A DNA stretch of 61,695 bases from Actinomycetota bacterium (GTDB lineage: Bacteria; Actinomycetota; Humimicrobiia; Humimicrobiales; Humimicrobiaceae). The position numbers and the translations under genes were made by a program. Below, piece after piece: positions 29,297 to 40,691 of the stretch. The notes below the pieces were generated by a model. The model made no database searches, was not told the origin of the DNA, and saw only the letters and a program-made list of their open reading frames with translations. The stretch covers positions 1-61,695 of the forward strand of contig VGAZ01000002.1 in assembly GCA_016870615.1 (NCBI GenBank), written 5' to 3'. Position 1 is the first letter of the stretch; each line of letters starts with the position of its first letter.

Positions 29297-31531
29297 TTAT
29301 GGCATGCTTATCTTCCTTATTGGAGCAAAGCTTACAAGAAGGTTCTTTTTTCCTGTTTTATCAAAAAACACTTCAAGTTCAATATCATCTTTCAATATTG
29401 CTGTCCTGAGTATTTTGCCTTTGCCCCACATTTTATGCACTACAAAATCACCCACTCTATAGTCTGCATACACGGGACTTTCACTGCTGGCATAATCGGC
29501 CCACATATCATCATCCGGAGGTTTTTTATAAAAGGCCTCGGTGCGGGAATAAGCTGCTGCTTTTTTATTATGCGCGGACCCTGCATTTTCATCCCTGACA
29601 AGATTTTTTGGAATTTCCTTTAAAAATCTTGAAACATTCCTGTAACTTGTATTTCCGAATATGCTTCTGCTGACTGCACATACCAAAAAAACTTTTTCCT
29701 GAGCCCTTGTTATGCCGACATAGCAAAGCCTTCTTTCTTCCTCGAGCTCTGCTATGCTTTCCATGCTCCTCGAATGGGGAAAAATACCATCCTCCATTCC
29801 AATAATAAAGACTACAGGATATTCAAGGCCTTTTGCATTGTGCAGTGTCATAAGCACAACCGCATCAGAACCAGTGTCATAATTATCAATATCTGTAATA
29901 AGCGATATTTCCTCAAGAAATCCTTCGAGTACTGAAATTCCTGCATCCTGCCCTGTCTCTTTTGCCTTTAAATCATATTCTTTTGTTACTGTCAGGAGCT
30001 CTTTTAAATTCTCCTGCCTGTTTTCAGCATCGATTGTATATTCATTCTTCAGCTGAAGCATATATCCTGTATCTGTCCAGATTTTTTCAAGAAGTTTATA
30101 AATTTCACAGCCTTTTGAAGCATCACTGCGGAAATTTCCCATCATTTCAATAAAATTATCTATTCTTTTTTGTAAAGCCTGGCCCAAAAACTTGATTTCG
30201 CTGTTTCTGTAAAATGCTTCAACAAAAGTTATTTTATTTTCAGCAGCAAATTTCTCCACTGCAGTAAGTGTTGCCTTGCCGATTTTTCTTCCTGGAACAT
30301 TTACTATCCTTAAAAGACTTATTATATCTTTAGGATTTGAAATGAGCTTTAAATATGCAAGCATATCCTTTATTTCCCTGCGGTCATAAAACCTCAAGCC
30401 CCCGTATATTTTATAAGGGATACCCTCCTTTATAAGCTGTTCCTCAACTGCCCTTGACTGCGCATTGGTTCTGTAAAAGACTGCAAAATCACGGTATTTC
30501 TTATTACCGCTTTCTGTAAGTTTTTTTATCTCTGAAATTACAAATGATGCCTCTTCTTTTTCATCGGCTGCTGTATACCTGGATATCAAATCACCTTCAA
30601 TATTTTCTGTCCAGAGTTTTTTATTTTTCCTGCTTTCATTATGCAAAATAAGGCTGTTTGCCGCATCCAGTATTTTCTTCGTCGAGCGGTAATTCTGTTC
30701 CAGTTTAATTATTTTTGTATCTTTAAAGTTTTTATCAAAACCAATGATATTTTCTATTTCAGCGCCCCTCCAGCTGTATATGCTCTGGTCATCATCACCC
30801 ACTACATAAACATTTTTATACTTTTGGGCCAGCAGAAGCACTATTTCATTCTGGGCAATATTTGTATCCTGGAACTCATCTACAAGAATATACCTGAATT
30901 TTTCCTGGTATTTTTCCTTTATTTCAGGATATTCTTTGAATATTTCTGCGGTATACATAAGCAGGTCATCAAAATCAACGGCATTTGCCTTGATTAGTTT
31001 CTGCTGGTAAAGAGGATATACTCTTGCAACAGTTTTTTCATAGTAATCTGTTGCGTTCTCAATGTAATTCTCAGAATTTATAAGCCTGTTTTTGGCATCT
31101 GAAATTACTGAATGCACGGCCCTTGGCAAAAACCGTTTGCTGTCAATGTTAAGCTCTGAAAGGCATTTTGCAGTCAGGCTCACCTGGTCGGAATCGTCAT
31201 AAATAACAAAGTTTGAAGAAATACCTTTGTGGTAAATTTCGTATCTCAAAATCCTGGCGCAGAAAGAATGAAATGTGCTGACCCACATCACTTCCCCGAT
31301 TTTACCCACAAGCTCGACCACTCTTTTTTTCATTTCTTTTGCAGCTTTATTTGTAAAAGTAATTGCAAGAATATTAAAGGGGTCAACACCAATCTCCCTG
31401 ATAAGATAAGATATTTTATAAGTTAAAACCCGGGTTTTTCCGCTGCCTGCGCCGGCTATTACAAGCAGTGGATTATTTATACTTTTTACAGCTGTAAGCT
31501 GTGCACTGTTGAGGTGTTTTTCCAGTTCCAA
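29297..31531 (-). CDS. pcrA: ATP-dependent DNA helicase PcrA/UvrD family
   Basis: 744 aa with GAGSGKT, DEFQDTN, YRS and VHKMWGKG (C-terminal Tudor-like). Confidence 0.92.
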   Translation of the reverse strand: MELEKHLNSAQLTAVKSINNPLLVIAGAGSGKTRVLTYKISYLIREIGVDPFNILAITFTNKAAKEMKKRVVELVGKIGEVMWVSTFHSFCARILRYEIYHKGISSNFVIYDDSDQVSLTAKCLSELNIDSKRFLPRAVHSVISDAKNRLINSENYIENATDYYEKTVARVYPLYQQKLIKANAVDFDDLLMYTAEIFKEYPEIKEKYQEKFRYILVDEFQDTNIAQNEIVLLLAQKYKNVYVVGDDDQSIYSWRGAEIENIIGFDKNFKDTKIIKLEQNYRSTKKILDAANSLILHNESRKNKKLWTENIEGDLISRYTAADEKEEASFVISEIKKLTESGNKKYRDFAVFYRTNAQSRAVEEQLIKEGIPYKIYGGLRFYDRREIKDMLAYLKLISNPKDIISLLRIVNVPGRKIGKATLTAVEKFAAENKITFVEAFYRNSEIKFLGQALQKRIDNFIEMMGNFRSDASKGCEIYKLLEKIWTDTGYMLQLKNEYTIDAENRQENLKELLTVTKEYDLKAKETGQDAGISVLEGFLEEISLITDIDNYDTGSDAVVLMTLHNAKGLEYPVVFIIGMEDGIFPHSRSMESIAELEEERRLCYVGITRAQEKVFLVCAVSRSIFGNTSYRNVSRFLKEIPKNLVRDENAGSAHNKKAAAYSRTEAFYKKPPDDDMWADYASSESPVYADYRVGDFVVHKMWGKGKILRTAILKDDIELEVFFDKTGKKNLLVSFAPIRKISMP

Positions 31532-31557
31532 AATTACCTGATTCCGTAAAATCCCAA

Positions 31558-32394
31558 TTATCTTATTTTCCTGCCGAAAAACTTTGCTATATACTCGACC
31601 TGGGCAAGCATTTCCCTGGTCTGGTGTGCATTTAATGCCTGCTGGCCGTCACACAGGGCCTTTCCCGGATCTGTGTGAACCTCCACAATCAAACCATCTG
31701 CACCCACTGCAATTGCAGCTCTGCTCATTGGAATCACAAGGTCACTCTGGCCGACTGCATGAGACGGGTCTATAATTATTGGCAGTTTGCTTAATTTTTT
31801 TATAACCGGAACTGCAGAAAGGTCAAGCGTAAATCTTGTATATGGCTCAAAAGTCCTTATGCCCCTTTCACAAAGCACTACTTCCGCATTTCCCTGCGAT
31901 GTGATATATTCAACAGCCAGCAGCCACTCTTTTATAGTGGAGCCCCAGCCTCTTTTCAAAATTACTGATTTATTCATTTCATTAGCAATTTTGCCAACTT
32001 TTTTAAGCAGCGCAAAATTTGACATATTCCTGGTTCCTATCTGTAGAACATCAACATACTCTGCAACTATGCTGGCTTTATCCGCATCAGTAACTTCAGT
32101 TACTGTTTTTAAATCATATTTTTGGCCAATTTCTTTGATATATTCAAGGCCTTTTCTTTCTAGTCCCTGGAAACTGTAAGGTGAAGTACGGGGTTTATAT
32201 GCCCCTCCCCTTAAATACTTAAGCCCATTTTCTTTTACAAGAGCAGCAATACCGTCAAGCTGGGCGCGGCTTTCAATGGCGCATGGCCCTGCTACTACTG
32301 TAATGTATCCCTCTTTAACCAGCGTATCGCTGCTGTCTTTAGCTGTACTATTTTTATCTTTTTCGCTTATTTGTCTTTTTTTTATTTCACCCAT
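31558..32394 (-). CDS. aroF: 3-deoxy-7-phosphoheptulonate (DAHP) synthase, type I-beta
   Basis: 278 aa with VVAGPCAIES, RGGAYKPRTSPYSFQG, LCERGIRTFE and DPSH. Confidence 0.9.
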   Translation of the reverse strand: MGEIKKRQISEKDKNSTAKDSSDTLVKEGYITVVAGPCAIESRAQLDGIAALVKENGLKYLRGGAYKPRTSPYSFQGLERKGLEYIKEIGQKYDLKTVTEVTDADKASIVAEYVDVLQIGTRNMSNFALLKKVGKIANEMNKSVILKRGWGSTIKEWLLAVEYITSQGNAEVVLCERGIRTFEPYTRFTLDLSAVPVIKKLSKLPIIIDPSHAVGQSDLVIPMSRAAIAVGADGLIVEVHTDPGKALCDGQQALNAHQTREMLAQVEYIAKFFGRKIR

Positions 32395-32408
32395 AAAATA
32401 TTACCTGC

Positions 32409-32693
32409 CTATAAAGTCTCGTCCTTTTCAAGTATCTGCACATTGCGCAATATAGATTCAAAAATCTGTATTATATTATCATTATAAAGAGGCCCATTAT
32501 TATATTTGACAATATTGTTTATTAAATCCTCTTCCCTTTTTGCATCATATAAAGGCATACCATGAATGTTTTTGAGTTTTTTTATATTTGATACAATTTC
32601 CGCCCTCTTATTTAGAAGCTCCACAAGCCCCCTGTCTATTTTATCAATATCTTCCCTGTATTCTTTTAACTTTTTCTTAAAATCCTCTTCCAT
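32409..32693 (-). CDS. Chorismate mutase, AroQ type
   Basis: 94-aa all-helical ORF. LKEYREDIDKIDRGLVELLNKRAEI resembles the AroQ N-terminal helix. Lies directly upstream of the DAHP synthase gene. Confidence 0.75.
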   Translation of the reverse strand: MEEDFKKKLKEYREDIDKIDRGLVELLNKRAEIVSNIKKLKNIHGMPLYDAKREEDLINNIVKYNNGPLYNDNIIQIFESILRNVQILEKDETL

Positions 32694-32722
32694 CTTAATT
32701 ACCCCTTTTTACATCCTTTAAA

Positions 32723-34300
32723 TTATTCCCATTCTATGGTGCTGGGCGGTTTTGAGCTTATATCATAAACTACCCTGTTAACTCCGCCAACTTCGTTTAT
32801 TATCCTGCTGCTCAGTCTTTCCATTACTTCATAAGGCAGCCTTACCCAGTCTGCAGTCATAGCATCCTGGCTGTTTACAGCTCTGATTACAACAGGGTAT
32901 GCGTATGTTCTTTCATCACCCATGACCCCGACACTTTTTATAGCCGGAAGGACCGCAAAAGACTGCCATATTTTATCATAAAGGTCCGCCCGTTTTATTT
33001 CCTCAAGAACTATTTTATCAGCCATTTTAAGAATCTCAAGCCGTTGCTCTGTAACTTCACCTATTATGCGTATTGCAAGGCCCGGACCTGGAAACGGCTG
33101 GCGTCTCACAATTTCCTCTGAAAGACCCAGTTCTATGCCAAGTTTTCTTACCTCATCTTTAAAAAGCTGCCGCAATGGTTCAATAAGCTTTATATTCATG
33201 TCCTCAGGGAGTCCTCCGACATTATGATGAGACTTTATTTTAGCCGCAACTCCTGTGCCGCTTTCAATAACGTCAGAATACAATGTGCCCTGTACAAGAT
33301 ATTCAACGTTCTTTATTTTCCCGGCCTGCTCTTCAAAAACCCTTATAAATTCATTGCCTATTATCTTTCTTTTTTCCTCTGGATCTTCTACGCCCTTTAA
33401 CTTTGAAAGGAATCTTTCTTTTGCCTTAATATGAATAAAATTTATTTTAAAATTCTTCCTGAAGGTATTTTCCACCTGTTCGCTTTCACCAAAACGAAGC
33501 AGCCCGTGATCAACAAATATGCACGTCAGATTCTTACCGACAGCTTTGTGCACCAGAAGCGCCGATACTGCTGAATCAACTCCGCCGCTTAATGCGCATA
33601 TTACATTTGCGTCTTTTACTGAATTTTTAATTTCAGCAATCTTGCTTTCAATTATAGAAACCATTGTCCAGGAAGGCGTGCATCCGCAAATATTGAATAA
33701 AAAATTTTTCAGTATATCCATACCTGACGGGGTATGTATGACTTCAGGATGAAACTGTATTCCATAAATCCTGCTGCTTTTATTCTCAATTCCAGCTACA
33801 GGCAGCGCCGGGGTTGAAGCTATTACCTTAAATCCATCCGGGACCTTAATAACGCTGTCCCTGTGGCTCATCCAGCATATTTCAGTCTGTTCAAGCCCTT
33901 CAAAGAGCAGGCTGTCTGTTACAAGACCTATTTCTGTCTTTCCAAATTCATTGCTGCCTGTACCTGTAACCTTTCCGCCTAAAAGATGAGCCATAAGCTG
34001 CATTCCATAGCATATGCCGAGTACAGGCACTCCGAGCTGCAATATCTCCGGCAGTACTTCAGGCGCATTTTTTTCAGCAAATTCCCTTTTAAAACTGTCC
34101 GGCTCTTTTATATCATTATTTTTTGAAGTTATGCTTCCCGGAGAACCGGAAAATATTATTCCTGAAGGATTCTTTGCCCTTATTTCTTCAATACATGTAT
34201 TATAAGGAAGAACTTCAGAGTACACCCTTAGCTCCCTTATCCTGCGTGCAATGAGCTGGCTATATTGCCCCCCGAAGTCAAGTACAATAATATTCTCCAT
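32723..34300 (-). CDS. guaA: GMP synthase (glutamine-hydrolysing)
   Basis: 525 aa. GATase (GICYGMQL), ATP-PPase SGGVDS, C-terminal KPPSTIEWE. Confidence 0.96.
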   Translation of the reverse strand: MENIIVLDFGGQYSQLIARRIRELRVYSEVLPYNTCIEEIRAKNPSGIIFSGSPGSITSKNNDIKEPDSFKREFAEKNAPEVLPEILQLGVPVLGICYGMQLMAHLLGGKVTGTGSNEFGKTEIGLVTDSLLFEGLEQTEICWMSHRDSVIKVPDGFKVIASTPALPVAGIENKSSRIYGIQFHPEVIHTPSGMDILKNFLFNICGCTPSWTMVSIIESKIAEIKNSVKDANVICALSGGVDSAVSALLVHKAVGKNLTCIFVDHGLLRFGESEQVENTFRKNFKINFIHIKAKERFLSKLKGVEDPEEKRKIIGNEFIRVFEEQAGKIKNVEYLVQGTLYSDVIESGTGVAAKIKSHHNVGGLPEDMNIKLIEPLRQLFKDEVRKLGIELGLSEEIVRRQPFPGPGLAIRIIGEVTEQRLEILKMADKIVLEEIKRADLYDKIWQSFAVLPAIKSVGVMGDERTYAYPVVIRAVNSQDAMTADWVRLPYEVMERLSSRIINEVGGVNRVVYDISSKPPSTIEWE

Positions 34301-34347
34301 TTAAATCCTCTCATAAATAATTAATATGGTGTGCTTGATTAAATATT

Positions 34348-35505
34348 CTAACCCATTCCAATTTTCTGGGTCTGCTGGTGAAACTTGCCCTCAGTTTTTA
34401 TTGTGGGAGCTACCATTACTTCAGCTTTCTGGAATTCTTTAATATTAAGATATCCGCATGTTGCCATTGATGTTTTAAGAGCACCGCAGAGATTTAATGT
34501 TCCGTCGTTTTCATGTGCAGGGCCCACAAGTATTTCCTCCAGAGTTGCAACAACATCAGTCTTTACTCTTGCGCCTCTTGGCAAATCAGGATGAAATGTG
34601 GCCATACCCCAGTGATAGCCTTTACCAGGCGCCTCAACAGCTCTTGACAGCGGGGCGCCAATCATAGCAAGGTCAGCCCCGCATGCTATTGCTTTTGCAA
34701 TATCACCGCCAGTCCTCATTCCGCCATCTGCAATTACCAGGACATACTTGCCCGTTTCCTCAAGATGCCTGGATCTTGCAGCAGCTGCATCTGCTATTGC
34801 AGTTGCCTGGGGAACGCCTATTCCAAGGACCTGCCTCGTGGTGCAGGCAGCCCCCGGCCCTACACCTGTAAGTACGCCAACTGCACCGGTGCGCATAAGA
34901 TGAAGGGCTGCAGCAAAAGAACAGCAGCCGCCCACTATGACTGGAACCGGGCACTCAGGTATGAATTTTTTTAAATCAAGGGGTTCCCTTGAAGTGCTTA
35001 CGTGTTCTGCACTTATCACAGTTCCCTGTATAACCAGTATATCAAGCCCTGCATCAAGCGCAGACCTGTAATATTTCTGGACCTTCTGGGGAGTAAGTGA
35101 TGCAATTGCTACGGCACCTTTATCTTTTATCTGTTTAATTCTTTTTACAATAAGCTCTTCTTTTATAGGCTCCTGGTATATTTCCTGCATTTTTCTTGTA
35201 GCTTCAGCATCATTAAATGATGCAATTTTTTCAAGCATTTCATCTGCATTGTCATATCTTGACTGTATTCCTTCCAGGTTAAGAACTGCCATTCCTCCAA
35301 TCCTGTCCATATTAATGGCAAATTTTATATCAACTACCCCATCCATTGCTGAAGCAAGTACAGGTATTTTCATTTTAAACTTATCTATGTTTGTAGAAAT
35401 ATCTATATCTTCCGGATCCCTGGTACGGCGGCTTGGCACTATTGCAATTTCATCAAAACCGTAAGATCTCCTGCCTGATTTTCCTTTTCCAATTTCAATT
35501 TCCAT
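34348..35505 (-). CDS. IMP dehydrogenase-family protein lacking the CBS subdomain (GuaB3-like)
   Basis: 385 aa. A TIM-barrel IMPDH-like sequence with Cys loop GVGPGAACTT and ADGGMRTGGDIAKA. There is no CBS pair insertion. Confidence 0.82.
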   Translation of the reverse strand: MEIEIGKGKSGRRSYGFDEIAIVPSRRTRDPEDIDISTNIDKFKMKIPVLASAMDGVVDIKFAINMDRIGGMAVLNLEGIQSRYDNADEMLEKIASFNDAEATRKMQEIYQEPIKEELIVKRIKQIKDKGAVAIASLTPQKVQKYYRSALDAGLDILVIQGTVISAEHVSTSREPLDLKKFIPECPVPVIVGGCCSFAAALHLMRTGAVGVLTGVGPGAACTTRQVLGIGVPQATAIADAAAARSRHLEETGKYVLVIADGGMRTGGDIAKAIACGADLAMIGAPLSRAVEAPGKGYHWGMATFHPDLPRGARVKTDVVATLEEILVGPAHENDGTLNLCGALKTSMATCGYLNIKEFQKAEVMVAPTIKTEGKFHQQTQKIGMG

Positions 35506-36165
35506 TTATTTTATTCTCCCTTCCAATTTAATTTTTTTTTCTTCTTTTTTTGCAAGCCTTTTAATATTATCCCGGTGCGCAATAAAAGTTAAAATAAAAA
35601 GACAAACTGCGGCAATTACAACCGGCAGTAAATGCCCTGAGAAATAAAATGAAACAGGTGTGGCAACAGCAGCAGACAGTGATGCCAGAGATACTATTCT
35701 TGATACTGCAAAAACTACAGCCCAGGCAGCAAGTATTGCAACTGCCGGGGTAAACCTTAACCATAACAAATGGCTGCCTGATATTGCAAAACAGCACAAA
35801 CCTATTATAACGCCATAAGATGTAGATATACCTTTGCCGCCCCTGAATTTCAGGTATACAGAGTAAACGTGCCCGACTACTGCAGCTACTCCTGCTATTG
35901 AAAGCGTTACAAGATCACCAGGGAATATAAAATAAACAATCATGAGGGGAATAAATCCTTTTAATACATCTATAAGTATTGTTACAACTCCAAGAGGAAC
36001 GCCAATTGTCCTGATAACATTTGTTCCGCCGATATTACCGCTTCCCTCTGACCTTATGTCCCTTCCTTTTGTCTTTAACTTAAAGACTATATAACCGACA
36101 GGAACAGCCCCCAGCAGGTAGGCAAAAATAATCAGCAATATTTTAAAAATAATTACATTATCCAT
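35506..36165 (-). CDS. plsY: Glycerol-3-phosphate acyltransferase PlsY
   Basis: 219 aa membrane protein with GSGNIGGTNV and FRGGKG motifs. Confidence 0.92.
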   Translation of the reverse strand: MDNVIIFKILLIIFAYLLGAVPVGYIVFKLKTKGRDIRSEGSGNIGGTNVIRTIGVPLGVVTILIDVLKGFIPLMIVYFIFPGDLVTLSIAGVAAVVGHVYSVYLKFRGGKGISTSYGVIIGLCCFAISGSHLLWLRFTPAVAILAAWAVVFAVSRIVSLASLSAAVATPVSFYFSGHLLPVVIAAVCLFILTFIAHRDNIKRLAKKEEKKIKLEGRIK

Positions 36166-36660
36166 AAATTTTATTTTAAGCCAGGATTTTTATTCCGGAT
36201 TCCATATTTACAGATTTGCCTGATATATATAAAAATCCGGTTATCCGGAAATTATATCAGAAAACCTTTTGAGTAAAACAAAAAGATTAAAATAATAGTG
36301 AAATATTACTATAAGTGCAGGATTTATTCAATTTATGATTGAAGCCATGTTCCAGTTTTTATTGCAGCAATAGTATTTTGCATTCTAAAAAATTTAAATT
36401 ACATCTTTATAATCATTCCAATCACTATTTCAAGGTTAAAAGAGGTTCAATATAAATGGAGCCTTCCCATTCAAAAAGGGAATGCTGCCCTTTTATGTAA
36501 TTTATATTTTTATTGATTTACATATTATATTTTTTTTGTTATAATACTTTATTATTTTATATATATTAGTATAAATAATATTATTATAAATATATATAAT
36601 ATTATTTCTATATTTTACAGTTTCTTTATAAATATTTTCAATTAATTAAAAGGAGGCACA

Positions 36661-36915
36661 ATGGATTTAAATATTATTTTAATCATGCTGATGCTTGCAG
36701 CCCTGTTTCTATCTCTGGTAGCTATTATAATGGTGGTTGTGTTTTTATTAAAAACTAATACAAAAATCAAATCCTTTTTCAGGTTATCCAGGTTCTTTTA
36801 TTTAAATAATTTTATTGAAAAAGGTTTAAAAAGAAATGAAAACCAGTATACCGACCCAGAGATGCTTTACCAGGATTATATGCTTAAAAAACCGGTTAAG
36901 TCTATAAATAAGTGA
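36661..36915 (+). CDS. Small single-pass membrane protein, unknown function
   Basis: 84-aa ORF with strong RBS AAGGAGG 6 nt upstream of the ATG and one N-terminal TM helix. No family recognised. Confidence 0.45.
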   Translation: MDLNIILIMLMLAALFLSLVAIIMVVVFLLKTNTKIKSFFRLSRFFYLNNFIEKGLKRNENQYTDPEMLYQDYMLKKPVKSINK

Positions 36916-37060
36916 CATGTTCTGCATTTTTTACTATATATTTCATTTTTAACCATTGTTTTGCTTTGCCCAAGACACAAATAATCATTAAAAGATGGCA
37001 TAAAGAAGTGAAGCGCCCCACTTTTTTTCCTCTACTGTTGTAATGGCTTGGCCGCAAATA

Positions 37061-37100
37061 AAAAGAGCCGGTTATTTTTTGTTAATCCGGCTCTTTTATT
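37061..37100. terminator. Bidirectional intrinsic terminator downstream of groEL
   Basis: Stem AGAGCCGG (37064-37071) / CCGGCTCT (37087-37094), flanked by an A-run upstream and a T-run downstream. Confidence 0.7.
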
Positions 37101-37144
37101 CTTTTATATAGACGCAGTTTAATCTTAATAAACTGAATCCTTTA

Positions 37145-38785
<1,641 letters not shown>

Positions 38786-38864
38786 TCATTCCTCCTTAAA
38801 TTTAATAAATCTGAAATACAATGTGTCCGCCGTATGCCGGCCCAACACTTCATGACTGCCTTAA

Positions 38865-39170
<306 letters not shown>

Positions 39171-39285
39171 TTAATTTACTTTTTATTCTATTATGCTGCA
39201 TGCGCACAGGGTACTATTGCGGCAAAATATTTAATTATATGGAACTTTACATAAATATATTTTTGCCTATATGTACCTAATTTGT

Positions 39286-39312
39286 TTAGCACTCTCTTTA
39301 TGAGACTGCTAA
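39286..39312 (-). promoter_or_regulatory. CIRCE operator (HrcA binding site), one mismatch
   Basis: Plus strand TTAGCACTC-N9-GACTGCTAA versus consensus TTAGCACTC-N9-GAGTGCTAA. Lies between the predicted promoter and groES. Confidence 0.85.
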
Positions 39313-39322
39313 ACCATAAGAA

Positions 39323-39351
39323 ATAATATTACAAGCAGGTCTATAAATCAA
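39323..39351 (-). promoter_or_regulatory. groESL sigma70-type promoter
   Basis: Minus strand TTGATT (39351-39346), 17-nt spacer, TATTAT (39328-39323). CIRCE starts about 10 nt downstream. Confidence 0.6.
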
Positions 39352-39385
39352 GAGAAAAATAAAAAAAATTTTGCAGGATTAGGAC

Positions 39386-39826
39386 TTGCTTGCCTGTGCT
39401 AAAATTATAATATTATCCTTACTTTTTATTAAATTTAAATTGACTGCAAAAAGAAAATTATTTTTAATATGGGAATTGCCGCAATTTCTTCTTTCGCTGG
39501 CATTTCTTGCTGCCGTAAAGAAAAATATTATTAAAACCCTGAAGTACAGGGATACTCTTGTATATTTTGTCAGTGGTTTTCCCGGCGGGATATCGCTTTC
39601 ATTTATAATTTTTTTAAATACCAGGTACATTGATTATCCCGGTGTGATAAAACATGAATATGGGCACAGCAGGCAGTCTTTAATGCTAGGTTGGTTTTAC
39701 CTTCCGGTTGTGGGCCTTCCTTCTTTAATCAGGTCAATTATATGGAATATAAAAAAACTTCCCGAAAAAAATTATTACAATAAATTCCCTGAAAACTGGG
39801 CGAACAGGCTTGGCGGACATTCATAA
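39386..39826 (+). CDS. Small membrane protein with HExxH motif (putative metallopeptidase-like), start uncertain
   Basis: 146-aa track ORF with HEYGH followed by hydrophobic segments. The N-terminal ~28 codons may not be translated. Confidence 0.45.
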   Translation: MLACAKIIILSLLFIKFKLTAKRKLFLIWELPQFLLSLAFLAAVKKNIIKTLKYRDTLVYFVSGFPGGISLSFIIFLNTRYIDYPGVIKHEYGHSRQSLMLGWFYLPVVGLPSLIRSIIWNIKKLPEKNYYNKFPENWANRLGGHS

Positions 39827-39882
39827 TTTTAGCAGCGGTCCCATCTTTCGCAGCAGATCAATTAAGGCCGGTACGCTGCTGC

Positions 39883-40602
39883 CTAAATGAAATTATTTTT
39901 TCCAAGCATTTTAGTTATATATTCAACAGCTTCTTCCGGCTCATCAACTATTCTGTACAGTTTTTTATCTTCAGGGCTTATGGTGCAATATTTTTCGAGC
40001 AGGCAATCATCAATCCAGCCATACAATTCCTCCCAGAACTTGCGCCCGTACAAAGCTATGGGGAAATGCTCAATTTTTTGTGTCTGCGCCAGGGTGAGGG
40101 CCTCAAAAAGTTCATCCAGGGTGCCGAATCCGCCGGGAAAAATAACATAACCAATGGAATATTTTACAAACATCATTTTCCTTACAAAGAAATACCGGAA
40201 ATCAAGGGAAATGTTCTGGTAAGGATTTGGCGCCTGCTCCATGGGAAGAATTATATTGCATCCTATTGAAAGGCCTCCAGCTTCAAACGCGCCTTTATTA
40301 GCCGCTTCCATTATGCCGGGCCCTCCCCCTGTAATTACTCCAAAACCATTTTTTACCATGAGAGCTGCAGTCTTTTCTGCTTCTTTATAGTATTTATTTT
40401 CCGGCAATGTCCTTGCAGAGCCAAAAAAGGAAATGCAGCGGCCAACTTCTGCCAGGGTATCAAAACCATCAACAAATTCACTCTGTATCCTCATTACTCT
40501 CCAGGGATCAGTACTCCTGAAGTCATAATCAATTTTTTTTGAAGCACTTAAAAACTCTTTTTCCTCATCCTGTGCGGGATACCTTTTTTTCATACTCATC
40601 AC
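39883..40602 (-). CDS. LOG-family protein (TIGR00730-type nucleotide phosphoribohydrolase)
   Basis: 239 aa with GGGPGIMEA and PGGFGTLDELFE motifs. Confidence 0.88.
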   Translation of the reverse strand: MMSMKKRYPAQDEEKEFLSASKKIDYDFRSTDPWRVMRIQSEFVDGFDTLAEVGRCISFFGSARTLPENKYYKEAEKTAALMVKNGFGVITGGGPGIMEAANKGAFEAGGLSIGCNIILPMEQAPNPYQNISLDFRYFFVRKMMFVKYSIGYVIFPGGFGTLDELFEALTLAQTQKIEHFPIALYGRKFWEELYGWIDDCLLEKYCTISPEDKKLYRIVDEPEEAVEYITKMLGKNNFI

Positions 40603-40691
40603 TTTCCTGATAATAATTATTCTCTTATATAAAGAATTTTAACATAAGCCACTTTAATAGCCTAATACATTGAATTTTCGTAAAAATTGAA

